A stretch of DNA of 64,000 nucleotides. Source: Octopus sinensis (Eukaryota). A model generated the notes under the pieces. That model made no database searches. It was given only the letters and a program-made list of their open reading frames with translations, and had not been told where the DNA came from. Each line of letters opens with the position of its first letter. Within the stretch, counting starts at the first letter, position 1. This document shows, one piece after another, positions 28,368-41,021 of the stretch. Both the position numbers and the translations under genes were made by a program. Location: the NCBI RefSeq assembly GCF_006345805.1, contig NC_043018.1:20708001-20772000 (forward strand), given 5' to 3'.

Positions 28368-28505
28368 ATATGCACGAAGTAAACCTAAACTTGCTTTTGG
28401 TATTCCTTTCGTATTCCTTCAAGTGGGTCCCCAAGAAAGGTGGATGAAGTAGGAATCATTTTTATATATGATACGTGAGTGTGTATACACACACGGTCTA
28501 TTCTT

Positions 28506-28543
<38 letters not shown>

Positions 28544-29066
28544 CACGGAGAGAGAGAAAGAAGTAGCAATCAATGTTTAGAAGCTGAGCTGGACGAGAGA
28601 AGAGAGAGTTAGGTGCTATGAGGGGTGCTCTGCTGAACATACATATACCCACAGACATTGCTCTGGACGGGGACACACACATACGATCATACATGTGGGT
28701 TTGTTTGGGGTCAGAAATGTTTGTTTCGATAGAAAAGTCTTGGACGGGAACAAGAACCTCCTGCAAACCACTTTGAATAATCTTATTTCTCAGGTGTACC
28801 TATAGCGGTGTATGCACAAACATACATACACACACACGGTCTCTATCGCAGGCGTAAATAAACATTGGAATACCTATTTCTTTATTACCCACAAGGGGCT
28901 AAACACAGAGGGGACAAACAAGGACAGACATGGGTATTAAGTCGATTACATCGACCCCAGTGCGTAACTGGTACTTAATTTATCGACCCCGAAAGTAAAC
29001 ATTGGAATACCGATCGTTATATGTAAAAAAAAAACATAAATATGAAACGAGGAGATATCATCTTAC

Positions 29067-29290
29067 CTTAATTGATCTGTATAAAATGGGTAAGAAGGTA
29101 CCGAAAAGCGAGAGCCGCCGATGATGGCTTTGTCTTCGAGTGGAAGCAACAATTTCTTAATAAAGGTGGGAAAAATCTAACGAGAGTGTGACAGATGAGA
29201 GAGAGAGAGACGGTCAAAGGTGATGCGAACTGCGGGAATGGTTGCAAACGTCTTCGCAACGACACTCCTGCCTGTGTAATGAATGGAACC
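29067..29290 (-). ncRNA. Putative first exon of an unannotated spliced transcript
   Basis: CpG-richer unique sequence ending in a strong donor AAG|GTAAGA at 29066; no AUG after the inferred start; the 5' boundary is approximate. Confidence 0.5.
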
Positions 29291-29370
29291 CGCTCTTTCG
29301 CTGCATCTACCCCTCTCGAGAAACGTCAGGCAACGAGATTCTCATTGGTGCCCCTGTGGTTGGTTAAATG
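29290..29370 (-). promoter_or_regulatory. Putative proximal promoter
   Basis: CCAAT box (29348-29344), TGACGT CRE half-site (29328-29323) and an Inr-like TCATT near 29280, upstream of the donor-terminated exon. Confidence 0.4.
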
Positions 29371-29452
29371 AGAGGAGTAAAAGTAAGTAAGTAAGCAAAT
29401 GGAATTAAATGTAAGAATATGAGCTGAAGGGGTGACAGGAAGATAAGTGACA

Positions 29453-29737
29453 GAGAGAGAGAGAAAGAAAGAGAAGTGATGGTGGTGTGTGCGGCGGTGG
29501 CGGTGGTGGTGGTGGTGGTGGGGACAGTCGATCAAAGACGAAGCAAGAGAAGGAAAGAGTGAAAGTTGGTATAAGCGAAAGAGAGAGAGAGAGAGAGAGA
29601 GAAAGAAAGAGAAGTGATGGTGGTGTGTGCGGCGGTGGCGGTGGTGGTGGTGGTGGTGGGGACAGTCGATCAAAGACGAAGCAAGAGAAGGAAAGAGTGA
29701 AAGTTGGTATAAGCGAAAGAGAGAGAGAGAGAGAGAG
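29453..29737. repeat. 138-bp tandem duplication bounded by (GA)n
   Basis: GAGAAGTGATGG... starts at 29471 and again at 29609. Confidence 0.9.
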
Positions 29738-31696
29738 ACGAAGGGGTGGTAAGTAAATGACAAAGTGACAGAAGGAAAGTTTGTGACAGTGTAAGAAACA
29801 AACGAGAGTATAAGAAATAGTAGAGGGAGAGCGAGAGTGGGAGAGAGAGAGACGCTATTTAAATTGAATAAAAATTCATCATCATAATTATCGACATGGT
29901 CGTATTTTAACGTCTGCTAATACATACCGATGTAAGATCTGTCGTAACTGTCCCAGTCCTCGTTTAGAGCTGCTTGCCCTCTTAGACGCGTCGGTGATCA
30001 CGTATTTCTCCTACATTTAATTTTTCATCCTGGTTTTTACTTTTGTATCTCTTTCCTAACACCAACCACTTTACAGAGTGTACTGTGTGCCCATTATCAT
30101 GGTCCTTGTACTAGAGAGACTATTTTCTCCTTGGTAAGACCGGTGCGGAGGTGTGTGTATGTGTGTGTGTGGGGGGTCTTTTCTGCCCTATAATGTCTTC
30201 ATTCATCATTCAATTCACTTGACATATTGTAGAGAGTTTATTTCATGATAACATCAGCATTCTAGAGGCCAATTCACACCACCTAAACCACCACCGGCAA
30301 GACGAAGGAGATATCTCAACTTCAAACACTGTCTCTGGTCAAAGCAATATGATTGAAAGGGTTATTAGAAAACAGAATGATGAAGAAAAGAGCTGGGCTG
30401 AAAAGGTATTAGAGGAAAGAGGGAGTAATGGAAGAGAGACAGTGATGGGTTGCTGCATGTTGCTTGTTTGTTGTTGGTAAGGAGAGTGAACAAGAAAACA
30501 GCAGGAATGGCATAATGGGAGGAAAGGGTGACAAGAAGGAGAGAGTATGATAGAGAAGGAGTGATAGAAAGGAGAGAGGGAGAATGGAGAAGAGAGAAAG
30601 TGATGAATATCAATCAATGATAAGGGAGGAAGTAATGGAAGAGAGAGAGTGGTGGCTTGCAATAAAGGAGAATGATGATGTGGAGCATTGAATATGGGTG
30701 TATCTGATGCCATCCCTCATTACACAGGCAACATGAAGGGGAAGAGGTAGAGAGATAGTGAAGAGGTAAAGGTTGCTGGACCTGAATAAAGACAAACTCA
30801 TACTTATTTCTTTACTACCCACAAGGGGCTAAACATAGAGGGGACAAACAAGGACAGACATAGGTATTAAGTCGATTACATCGACCCCAGTGCGTAACTG
30901 GTACCTAATTTACCGACCCCGAAAGGATGAAAGGCAAAGTCGACCTCGGCGGAATTTGAACTCAGAACGCAACAGCAGACGAAATACGGCTATGCATTTC
31001 GCCCGGCGTGCTAACGTTTCTGCCAGCTCGCCTCCTTAATAAAGCCAAACTTATACTGCGATCTTCATTGCCAACCATTATTTTAACAATGATTTTGCCA
31101 TACTTGGACGGGTGAACAGGTTTTCTCCCATGTCACAGCTTACCGATTATTGTGGTCCTTTGACATTTTGTAGCTCTTCTGGGATCAGGCTTTATCACAT
31201 CATCCTATATCTTCCATTATGTTCCTCCCACAAAGGTATTATCCACTTTAAGTGTATTGCACTTCTTTAATCTGGAGATAGGTACAAAAGCGGTTGTCTG
31301 GTAAGAAGCTTGCTTTCCAACCACATGATTCCAGGTTCAGCCCCACTGAATGGCACCTTGGGCAAGTGTCTTCTACTACAGCCTCAGGCCAACCAAAGAC
31401 ATATGAATAAGTTTGGTAGATGGAAACTGAAAGAAGCCTCTGTGTATGGTGGGAGGAGGGTGTCTGTGTCTGTCCCTCACCACTGCTTCACAACTCGTGT
31501 TGGTATGCCTACCACCTCATAACTTAGTGGTTTGGCAAACGAGGTCAACTGAATAAACATCAAGCTTAAAAATCATAAGTGCCGGGGACAATTTGCTTGA
31601 CTAAAATTCTTCAGGGTGGTGCCTCAGCATGGCCACTATCTAATGACCGAAACTAGTAATAAAAATGAATAAAATATATCATATGCCCAACTTTTC

Positions 31697-31832
31697 TCTT
31701 ACGCACTACAGCTGTTTCGTTTTATGTCAATCTTACGCACTACAACTGTTTCATCTTATGTCAATCTTACGCACTACAGCTGTTTCGTCTTATGTCAATC
31801 TTACGCACTACAGCTGTTTCGACTTATGTCAA
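31697..31832. repeat. 34-bp tandem repeat, four copies
   Basis: TCTTACGCACTACAGCTGTTTCGTCTTATGTCAA at 31697, 31731, 31765, 31799. Confidence 0.92.
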
Positions 31833-32302
31833 TTTTTATTCGACGATGCGATTGTATATTTTTAGAATGACATTGTAGGCTAGGTGTGAGAGGCCAGGAC
31901 TGGTCTGTTCAAACTTAAAACGAGTAGAATATTTGTGCCAAATATGGCTGGTTCAATCCTCTAACATTCAGATTATTCTGTCAAATGTATTGCTTATTTA
32001 TTCATTGTTCTGAATTAATCCTTCATAATTTAATAACTTCAAAATTTTGATGATACAAATGTATATTCTTAGGATGACATTGTAGGTTAGATGTGTGAGG
32101 TCATATCTGGTCATTGAGTATAAAACAGGCAGAATATCTGAGCCGGATTTGGGTGGTTTAAATGCTAAACGGTTAACTAATTTCCTTCCTTTAACTTTCA
32201 AGCAATTGGTTTATACTGAATCAATCAATCACTCAATTATATTCTAGTCCCAAGTCCCAAAAACAATGACACGACACTTGCTCCCCAATCTCCTTTGTTT
32301 AA

Positions 32303-32511
32303 CCCTTTAGTATTTAAACCGGCCAAAATAATTGATCTGTTTTATGTTCAAACTGACCAGATCCAGGCTCTCACACCTGCCCTACAATGTTATTCTACAT
32401 TAGGTAATTACACCATCAAGATCTTGAAGATATGAGATAATGCATGATTAATTCAAATCAATGTGAATCAATAAGCATTATGTTTGATAGAATAATCTGA
32501 ACACTAAAGGG
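32303..32511. mobile_element. piggyBac-like MITE (family copies also at about 8233-9012, 37783-37965, 48544-48742, 51895-52960)
   Basis: TTAA|CCCTTTAGT ... ACTAAAGGG|TTAA; TTAA target duplication and short TIRs. Confidence 0.75.
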
Positions 32512-32754
32512 TTAAACTTTAATACAAATCATCTATTCAGTTTCCTATGTAAATACTCGGAGTAACATAATGAAATTAACATAATCTGTTAATACTCAAA
32601 CAAAACAACTTCTATGTGTTATAGCAATATCAAGCTGGTGACTTATTGGGGGGGGGGGGTTTAGACTGACAATTTAACCTTTACTCACTTAAGACCATTG
32701 ACATGTGTTTATTGTTAAATTGCTGTTATTACTTTAGATGGCAACAGGATGCAA

Positions 32755-32924
32755 TTATATATATATTATATATATGCATATATATTTCTATATGCACACA
32801 TTCATATATGTACATGTATTTACATACATATACATATCTATTGTATATTTTCATATATATATACATACATACATATATATGTATGTATGTAATATATATA
32901 TAGATGTATAGATATATGCATGTG

Positions 32925-32964
<40 letters not shown>

Positions 32965-32978
32965 GATTATATATATAT

Positions 32979-33009
<31 letters not shown>

Positions 33010-33293
33010 CATGATAGATAGATATAGATCCATGTCATATATATAGATATATATATATATCTACATGTATATATATATATATACATGTATATATATATAT
33101 ATATATATACATGTTATATATAATATATACATGTATATATCTATATATCATGTATATATATATATTATCTATATATCCATGTATATATATATACATGTAT
33201 ATATTATATCTATATATATATACATGTATATATATATACATGTATATATATATACATGTATATACATATATATATACTGTATATATATATGTC

Positions 33294-33327
<34 letters not shown>

Positions 33328-33724
33328 CATGTATATATATCTATATATATATACCTGTATATATGTATATATAGATCTATGTATCTATATATATATATAT
33401 ATATACATGTATATATATATATATATATACATGTATATAACATATATATATATACATGTATATATATCTATATATATATATATTACATGTATATATATAT
33501 ATATACAGTATATATCTATATACATGTATATATATATATACATGTATATATATATATATATCATTATATATATATATTATGTATATATATATTATACATG
33601 GTATATATATATATATATATTATAATATACATGTATATATATATATATATACATGTATATATATATATCTATATATATATATATAGAGATATCAATATAT
33701 ATCATGAAATATATATATATAATC

Positions 33725-33757
<33 letters not shown>

Positions 33758-33951
33758 TATATATTATTCTATATATATACATGTATATATATACAGTTAT
33801 AGATATATATATATATATATATATGATATATATATATATATACATCTCTATATATATATCTATATATATATATACATGTATATATATATATATATACCTG
33901 TATATATATATATCTATATATTCTCTATATATATATATATATATGTATATC

Positions 33952-33985
<34 letters not shown>

Positions 33986-34212
33986 CATGTATATATATAT
34001 ATATATATACATTATATATATATATATACCTATATATATGTACATGTATATATATATATTATTACATGTATATATATATATATATATACATGTATATATA
34101 TATATATATATACATGTATATATATATATTATATACATGTATATATATATATATACGTATATATATATATATGATATATATACCTGTTATATAATATATA
34201 TATATATAATAT

Positions 34213-34244
<32 letters not shown>

Positions 34245-34390
34245 CATGTATATATATATATATAATATATATATAATAATATATAACATGTATATTATAT
34301 ATATTAATAATATATTATATATATTATATATTATATATATATATATCTAGATATATATATATAGGCATACATGTTTATATACATATATCT
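32755..34390. repeat. Long (TA)n tract with CATG interruptions
   Basis: Direct inspection. Confidence 0.95.
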
Positions 34391-35506
34391 ATCTATCTAA
34401 CTGTCTGTCTACCTACTTATTTATTCTGAGAAAGCACCAAAGTTCCTCATTTGTATGCTGGGAAACTAAAATGAAAATATTTTCTGGTGTAATATTTGTT
34501 CTCAAGTTAGATTTTTTTCTTTTTAATATTGATTTTTCTTTCTTTTTTCTTTTTTTTTGTTTTCTAATTTTCAGCTAAAGCAGTAGGTCAGTTATTGATT
34601 GAGCAACTAAGTCATTCAACGAATGACAAAATCAGTAGAGCATCTGGCAAAATAGTATGTGGTATTTTGCATCTCTTTACATTCTGAGTTCAAATCCTGC
34701 GAAGATCAACTTTGCCTTTTAGCATTCTGGAGTTGATAAAATAAAATACTTGTCTTGTACTGGGAGTTCATATAAGGCCCCTTCCTACCCAAAGGAACTA
34801 CGTTAGTAATCAATGGCTGTGTGCTAAGAAGCCTGCTTCCCAACCACATCGTTTTCACTTCAGTTCCATTGTGTACCCTGGGTGGTTGACCAAAGTTTTG
34901 AGTAGATTTCAAGGACAGAAAGAGAAAGAAGCTCATTATATATATATATATATCACGTGATCATGTGACCGACCAGACCATCAGCTGTTGTTACACATCG
35001 CTGGTCACAATGCGTTCGCATTGTTTTAGCCTTCGAATGACGCCACCCCACTGGCTAAACGAGCAGGCCAACAGAAGAAAGAGTGGGAGAAAGAGTGGTG
35101 AAAGAATACAGCAGGGATCACCACCATCCCCTGCCGGAGCCTCGTGGAGCTTTTAGGTGTTTGCGCTCAATAAACACTCACAACGCCTGGTCTAGGAATC
35201 GAAACCGCAATCCTACGACCGCGAGTCCGCTGCCCTAACCACTAGGCCATTGCGCCTCCACTATATATATATATATATATGTTGTATAAAAGATCGTGGG
35301 TAAGAACAGAACGATGCGAAATAAATTACAAGAAAACAAATATTGAATACAAGCTAAGTCTAAATTAATTTATATATTTGTTTTCTTGTGATTTGCCTTG
35401 CATTTACTTTGCATTGTTCTGGCCTTACCCACAATCCTTTATACAATATATTCTACACAATGCTTCATAGTCATTATTCCATTGTATATATATATATATA
35501 TATATG

Positions 35507-35875
35507 GTTGCCATGATAGATCGTTAGCCACTACACACATTTTTTTCTCTCCTTGTTGTTTTCTGTGTCCTTTTCTGTAGAAGAGCGTAGGCTTGAAATG
35601 TAAAAGACTTTTCCGATTCCTCAGTGTTATACTAATACATCTGTTTGTTTTGTACACCACCTGTCTTCGTCTTTTGTTTTTTTTCATAAAATATAGTTGG
35701 AATTTGCAAAAAAAACAACAACAAAAGACAAAGACAAGTGTATTAGTTTAACGCTTGGGAAGGTGAGAAAGTCTTTTACGTTTCGAGCCTACGCTCTTCA
35801 ACAGAAAGGAACAAGAGAAAATAAACAGAGATAGAATAAAAAAAGGCTTTAGTGGCTAGTGGTCAATCATGGTGA
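35507..35875. mobile_element. Tail-to-tail inverted Penelope-like pLTR pair, each with a hammerhead-like motif
   Basis: 35571-35606 (+) TTTT CTGTAGA A GAGC GTAG GCTT GAAA T GTA AAAG; 35808-35773 (-) CTTT CTGTTGA A GAGC GTAG GCTC GAAA C GTA AAAG. Confidence 0.6.
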
Positions 35876-36674
35876 CTGACCGCCTTCTTTTGGTTTCCGT
35901 CCACGAAATCCACTCACAAGGCTTTGGTTGGCTTATGGCTATAGTAGAAAACACTTGCCCAAGTTGCCATGCAGTGCGACTGAACCCAGAGCCATATGGT
36001 TGGTAAGTAAGCTACTTACCACAGAGCCACTCCTATATAAAAGATATATATATGTGTGTGTGTGTTTGTCCTCCTTCATGGGGACTGACCGGCTTCTTTT
36101 GGTTTCCGTCTAGGAAATCCACTCACAAGTCTTTGGTTGGCCTGAAGCTATTGTAGAAGACACTTGCCCAAGGTGCCATGCAGTGGAACTGGACTCGTAA
36201 CCACGTGGTTGGTTAGCAAGCTACTTACCACACAGCCACTCCTGTGTCTACATACACACACACATATATATATACACGACAGGCTTCTTTCAGTTTCTGT
36301 CTACCAAATCCACTCATATTATTATATATATATATATATGCCAGCCTCGCCTGGCCCCCATGCCGGTGGCACGTAAAAAGCACCATCCGACTGTGGCCGT
36401 TTGCCAGCCCCATCTGGCACCTGTGCAAGTGGCACGTAAAAAGCACCCACTACACTCACGGAGTGGTTGGCATTAGGACGGGCATCCAGCCGTAGAAACA
36501 TTGCCAGATCAGACTGGGCCTGGTGCAGCCTTCTGGCTTCCCAGACCCCAGTTGAACCGTCCAACCCATGCTAGCATGGAAAGCGGCCGCTAAATGATGA
36601 TATACACGACAGGCTTCTTTCAGTTTCCGTCTACCAAATTCACTCATATTATTATATATATATATATATATATA

Positions 36675-36706
<32 letters not shown>

Positions 36707-36923
36707 CCATATTCAAATTAAAATGGTTCTGTTGCAGTGTTAATTTGAATTTGGCTATGGTGGATCAAATCCACTTTATGCACGCAAGATCCACTACATA
36801 AGTGCACCACAAAATGATGGAGCCTTGGTGTATATTCTACTTTTGGAGCATGCGGTTGGGTAGTTCTCAGTCAACAAAATCTGTAAATATTCATAAACAC
36901 ACCAAAACAAAAAATGATAATTA

Positions 36924-37030
36924 TTTATTTCTGGTGACTGAATCAAATAAAAATGATAAAAAGTTCTTTTTTTTTTGTTTCTGTTGGTATTTTCATGAAA
37001 TAAAAACGGTTGATGTTGAAGTTGTTTATT
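36924..37030 (-). terminator. Candidate poly(A) signals of Nup107
   Basis: AATAAA on the minus strand at 37030-37025 and 36929-36924, downstream of the stop codon. Confidence 0.45.
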
Positions 37031-37040
37031 TCTGTGTTGT

Positions 37041-37175
37041 TTAAGTGGCAGCCATTTCCATTTCGTAACTCATGGGGTCTTCATAACCAAATGGGTCCTG
37101 TTTCTGGTTTATTAATATCAAAGCTGATTGCCGCAACAATTTCAGAATCTGCTGCAAATCTTCTTGAGAGAAAAC
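37041..37175 (-). CDS. NUP107: Nup107 last coding exon
   Basis: ttctag| VFSQEDLQQILKLLRQSALILINQKQDPFGYEDPMSYEMEMAAT TAA; the conserved terminal DPxGY motif is present. Confidence 0.95.
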   Translation of the reverse strand, partial: VFSQEDLQQILKLLRQSALILINQKQDPFGYEDPMSYEMEMAAT

Positions 37176-38795
37176 CTAGAATATGACAAAAAAAAAACCC
37201 AGTTTCAAAGCAAATATATTTTTTTAGTTTAACTCTTTAGCATTTAAACCAACCATAGACAAGTGAAACCATAACCCGTGGCTTCTACATGGGATGTAGC
37301 CAGTCCACTTATGCATACCTTTCCTTCTTGGGACACAAAACTCTACTTGTGAAGACCTGTTGAGGCAAGTGAGAATCGAAATCGATCAACATCAATGGAA
37401 ATTGCAGCTGTGATACCAGTGCCGGTGGCACATAAGAGAACCATCCGAACGTGGCTGTTGCCAGCGCCGCCCCAACTGACCTCGTGCCGGTGGCACGTAA
37501 GAGAACCGCTCCCACTGGCCTCTTGCCGGTGGCACGTAAAAAGCACCATCCGTCTGTGGGCGTTGCCAGCCTCGTCTGGCACCCGTGCTTTTGGCACGTA
37601 AAAAAGCACCCACTACATTCACGGAGCGGTTGGCGTTAGGAAGGGCATCCAGCCGTAGAAACACTGCCAGATCAGACTGGAGCCTAGTGCAGCCTTCTGG
37701 CTCCCAGACTCCAGTTGAACCGTCCAACCCATGCTAGCATGGAAAGCGGACGCTAAACGATGATGATGATGATGATGATGAACCCTTTAGCATTTAAACC
37801 AGCCGTATCTGGCCAAAATATTCTACCTGCTTTATGTTCAAACAGGCCAGATCTGGCCTCTCACACTAACCCAACAATATCATTCTAAAAATAAACTACC
37901 ACATCATCAAAATCTTGAAGCTATGAGATAATGCATTTGACAGAATAATTTGAACACTAAAGGATTAAAACAACCATTGTTATATGTGATTGTGTGTTTA
38001 AAACTCTCCCTCTACTGTGCTTGGAAGGATCAAAGTTTGTTAAGACAAATTTTCTATGGCTGGATGCTCTTTCTGTCACCAACCTTCACATGTTTTCAAG
38101 TAAGATAACATTTCTCAACCCCTCCATGGCTGGATGTATTTTCACAGAAGCTTGGAAACGGGGGACACCATTTGTATAATGGTAATGTTTGTTTTTAACT
38201 ATTACAGACAGGTGAGAGGCCTTGTGATATCTGTCCTGGTTGCTAGCATTAACAGCTTGACACCTGTGACGACACAGGTGCCAAGTAATATTGGCTCAAG
38301 TTAGCTGTGTTTGCCTTGTGATCCCTGTGCCGGTGGCACGTAAAAAGCACCATCCGAACGTGGCCGATGACAGCGCCGCCTTGACTGGCTACCGTGCCGG
38401 TGGCATGTAAAAAGCACCAACCGATCGTGACCGTTGCCAGCCTCGCCTGGCACCTGTGCCGGTAGCATGTAAAAAGCACCCACTACACTTACGGAGTGGT
38501 TGGCGTTAGGAAGGGCATCCAGCTGTAGAAACACTGCCAGATCAGACTGGAGCCTAGTGCAGCCTCCTGGGTTCCCAGATCCCGGTCGAACCGTCCAACC
38601 CATGCTAGCATGGAAAACGGACGTTAAACGATGATGATGATGATGATTACAGAGAGAAGGGAGACTGGCATGTATGGACAACTGCCAATCATTTTCAAAA
38701 AAAAAATCTAGCCTTACACCGATGCCAACATGTGCACATACACAAGCCACCTTGAATGATGCACACACACACAGAGTTTTAGGACATCTACTCAC

Positions 38796-38963
38796 TTCGT
38801 AGAGGCAATTCTTGTCATCTGTAATCAACTCTGAAAGCTGCATACACTCAGCATGGTGCTCTGCAAGGCTCAGAACTTGGTGAAGCTGTGTTACAAAATT
38901 TGGTACGTAGATCTGTCGAAGAAGTTTCATTTGATGATCCCGACTTTCATCGATGACAGTGTT
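38796..38963 (-). CDS. NUP107: Nup107 exon
   Basis: ttgcag| NTVIDESRDHQMKLLRQIYVPNF...ECMQLSELITDDKNCLYE |gtgagt; 168 nt. Confidence 0.95.
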
Positions 38964-39519
38964 CTGCAAAAAGCGTAAAATAATCATTAGTTGACATTCT
39001 TTGGTCGAAATAAGAGAAATCCATAAGATTTTGGTGGTTTACAATAAATTCACAAATCTTTAATCTTTTACTCGTTTCAGTCATTAGACTGTGGCCATGC
39101 TGGGGCACCGCCATGAAGAACTTTTAATCAGATGAATTGACCCCAGTACTTTATATTTTCTAAGCCTAGTACTTATTCTCTTGGTCTCTTTTGCTGAACT
39201 GCTAAGTCATGGGGACGTAAACAAACCAACACCAGTTGTCAAGCAGTGGTGTGGTACAAACACAGATGCAAAGACACACACACAAAAAAATATATATATA
39301 TATATCTTTTATTCTTTTACTTGTTTCATTCATTTGACTGCGGTCATGCTGGAGCACTGCTTCTAGTCGAACAAATCGGTCCCAGGACTTATTCTTTGTA
39401 AGTCTAGTACTTACAAATTCACAGTGAAGATGTTTGGTGTCATAAACACACAAGAAGTCAAAGACTGCACCAACAGACTGTTCTACAGACTTGTCCGTCT
39501 TATATCAGCAAAGAAAAAT

Positions 39520-39770
39520 GATTGTGGTGGTGGTGGTGATGATGATGATAAGTGATGGTGGTGGTGATGATGATGATGATGGTGGTGACGGTGATGATGA
39601 TGGTGGTGACGGTAAGTGATGGTGGTGGTGATGATGATGATGGTGGTGGTGGTGATGATGATGGTGGAGACGGTGGTGATAGGTGATGGTGGTGGTGATG
39701 ATGATGGTGATGATAGGTGGTGGTGGTGGTGGTGGTGACGGTGGTGCTGGAGGTGATGGCAATGGTGGCA
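39520..39770. repeat. (GGT/GAT)n trinucleotide tract
   Basis: Direct inspection; lies in a Nup107 intron. Confidence 0.9.
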
Positions 39771-40910
39771 GTAGACAAGCCACACTTTCACAGGAACTGG
39801 TAGTTTGACTAAATTGCAGGCAAGGAATTTACACAAGCAAAGTTAATCTTAAAGTAAACACGAGAGTCTTAACTTTTTTATTACCATATTCGTGCCAACA
39901 TATGCTGCCACTGTTTCAATTAATTTTCAAAATAAGGAAGAAGGCGCAGGTGTGGCTGTGTGGTAAGAAGTTTGCTTCTCAACCACATGGTTCTGGGTTC
40001 AATCCCACTGCGTGGCACCTTGGGCAAGTGTCTTCTACTATAGCCTTGGATTGACCAAAGCCTTGAGTGGATTTGGTAGAAGGAAATACATCATCATCAT
40101 CATCGTTTAACATCCGCTTTTCATGCTGGCATGGGTTGGACAGTTGGACATGGAGCTGTCCTGACTAAAATGGTTTCGACGGCTGGATGCCTTTCCTATA
40201 TATCGATCAACATCAATGGAAATTGCAGCTGTGATACCAGTGCCGGTGGCACATAAGAGAACCATCCGAACGTGGTCGTTGCCAGCGCCGCCCCAACTGG
40301 CCTCGTGCCGGCGGCACGTAAAAAGTACCATCCGTTCGTGGCCGTTGCCAGCCCCGCCTGGCCCCTGTGCCGGTGGCACATAAAAAGCACCATCCGATCG
40401 TGGCCGTTTGCCAGCCTCGCCTGGCACGTAAAAAGCACCCATTATACTCACGGAGTGGTTGGCATTAGGAAGGGCATCAAGCCGTAGAAACATTGCCAGA
40501 TCAAGATTGGAGCCTGGTGCAGCCTTCTGGCTTCACAGACCCCAGTTGAACCGTCCAACCCATGCTAGCATGATGATGATGTGTCTCTGTTTATCCCCCA
40601 CCACCATTTGACAACTGGTGTCAATGTGTTTACATCTCCATAACTTAGTGGTTCAGCAAAAGAAACCAACAGAATAATGATAATGATTAAAAAAATAAGT
40701 CCTAGGGTCGATTTGTTTGGCTAAAACTCTTCAGGGTGGTGCCCCAGTATGGCCACAGTCAAAAATCACTGAAACAAGTAAAAGAATTTATTAAAATAAC
40801 TTTCTAATTATAAAACTGGGACCTGGGACAAATTAGCATAAAATTTAGACCACTTTAAAACTTGGGGATGGTCAGAGGTGGGTTGGCATCAAAAGGGCTG
40901 AGATACTTAC

Positions 40911-40979
40911 ACTACGTTTGTCAACCATCCAACCTCCTTCGGGAAACAGCAGGACATTGTAGATTCTACCTTTGGTCGT
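40911..40979 (-). CDS. NUP107: Nup107 exon
   Basis: tttcag| TTKGRIYNVLLFPEGGWMVDKRS |gtaagt; 69 nt; YNVLLFxxGGWMVD motif. Confidence 0.95.
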
Positions 40980-41021
40980 CTGAAAACAAAATACTTCAAT
41001 ATTTAATTGATTGTTCATTTA

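Noticed and set aside
30380-30780. Purine-rich region with minus-strand ORFs
   Set aside because: Low-complexity GA-rich sequence with a degenerate internal duplication; no splice or homology evidence.
38301-38987. 228-aa ORF as a standalone gene
   Set aside because: Only 38796-38963 is a Nup107 exon; the rest is read-through into intron and SINE sequence.
39483-39836. Poly-His/Pro/Ser ORFs
   Set aside because: A GGT/GAT trinucleotide tract inside an intron.
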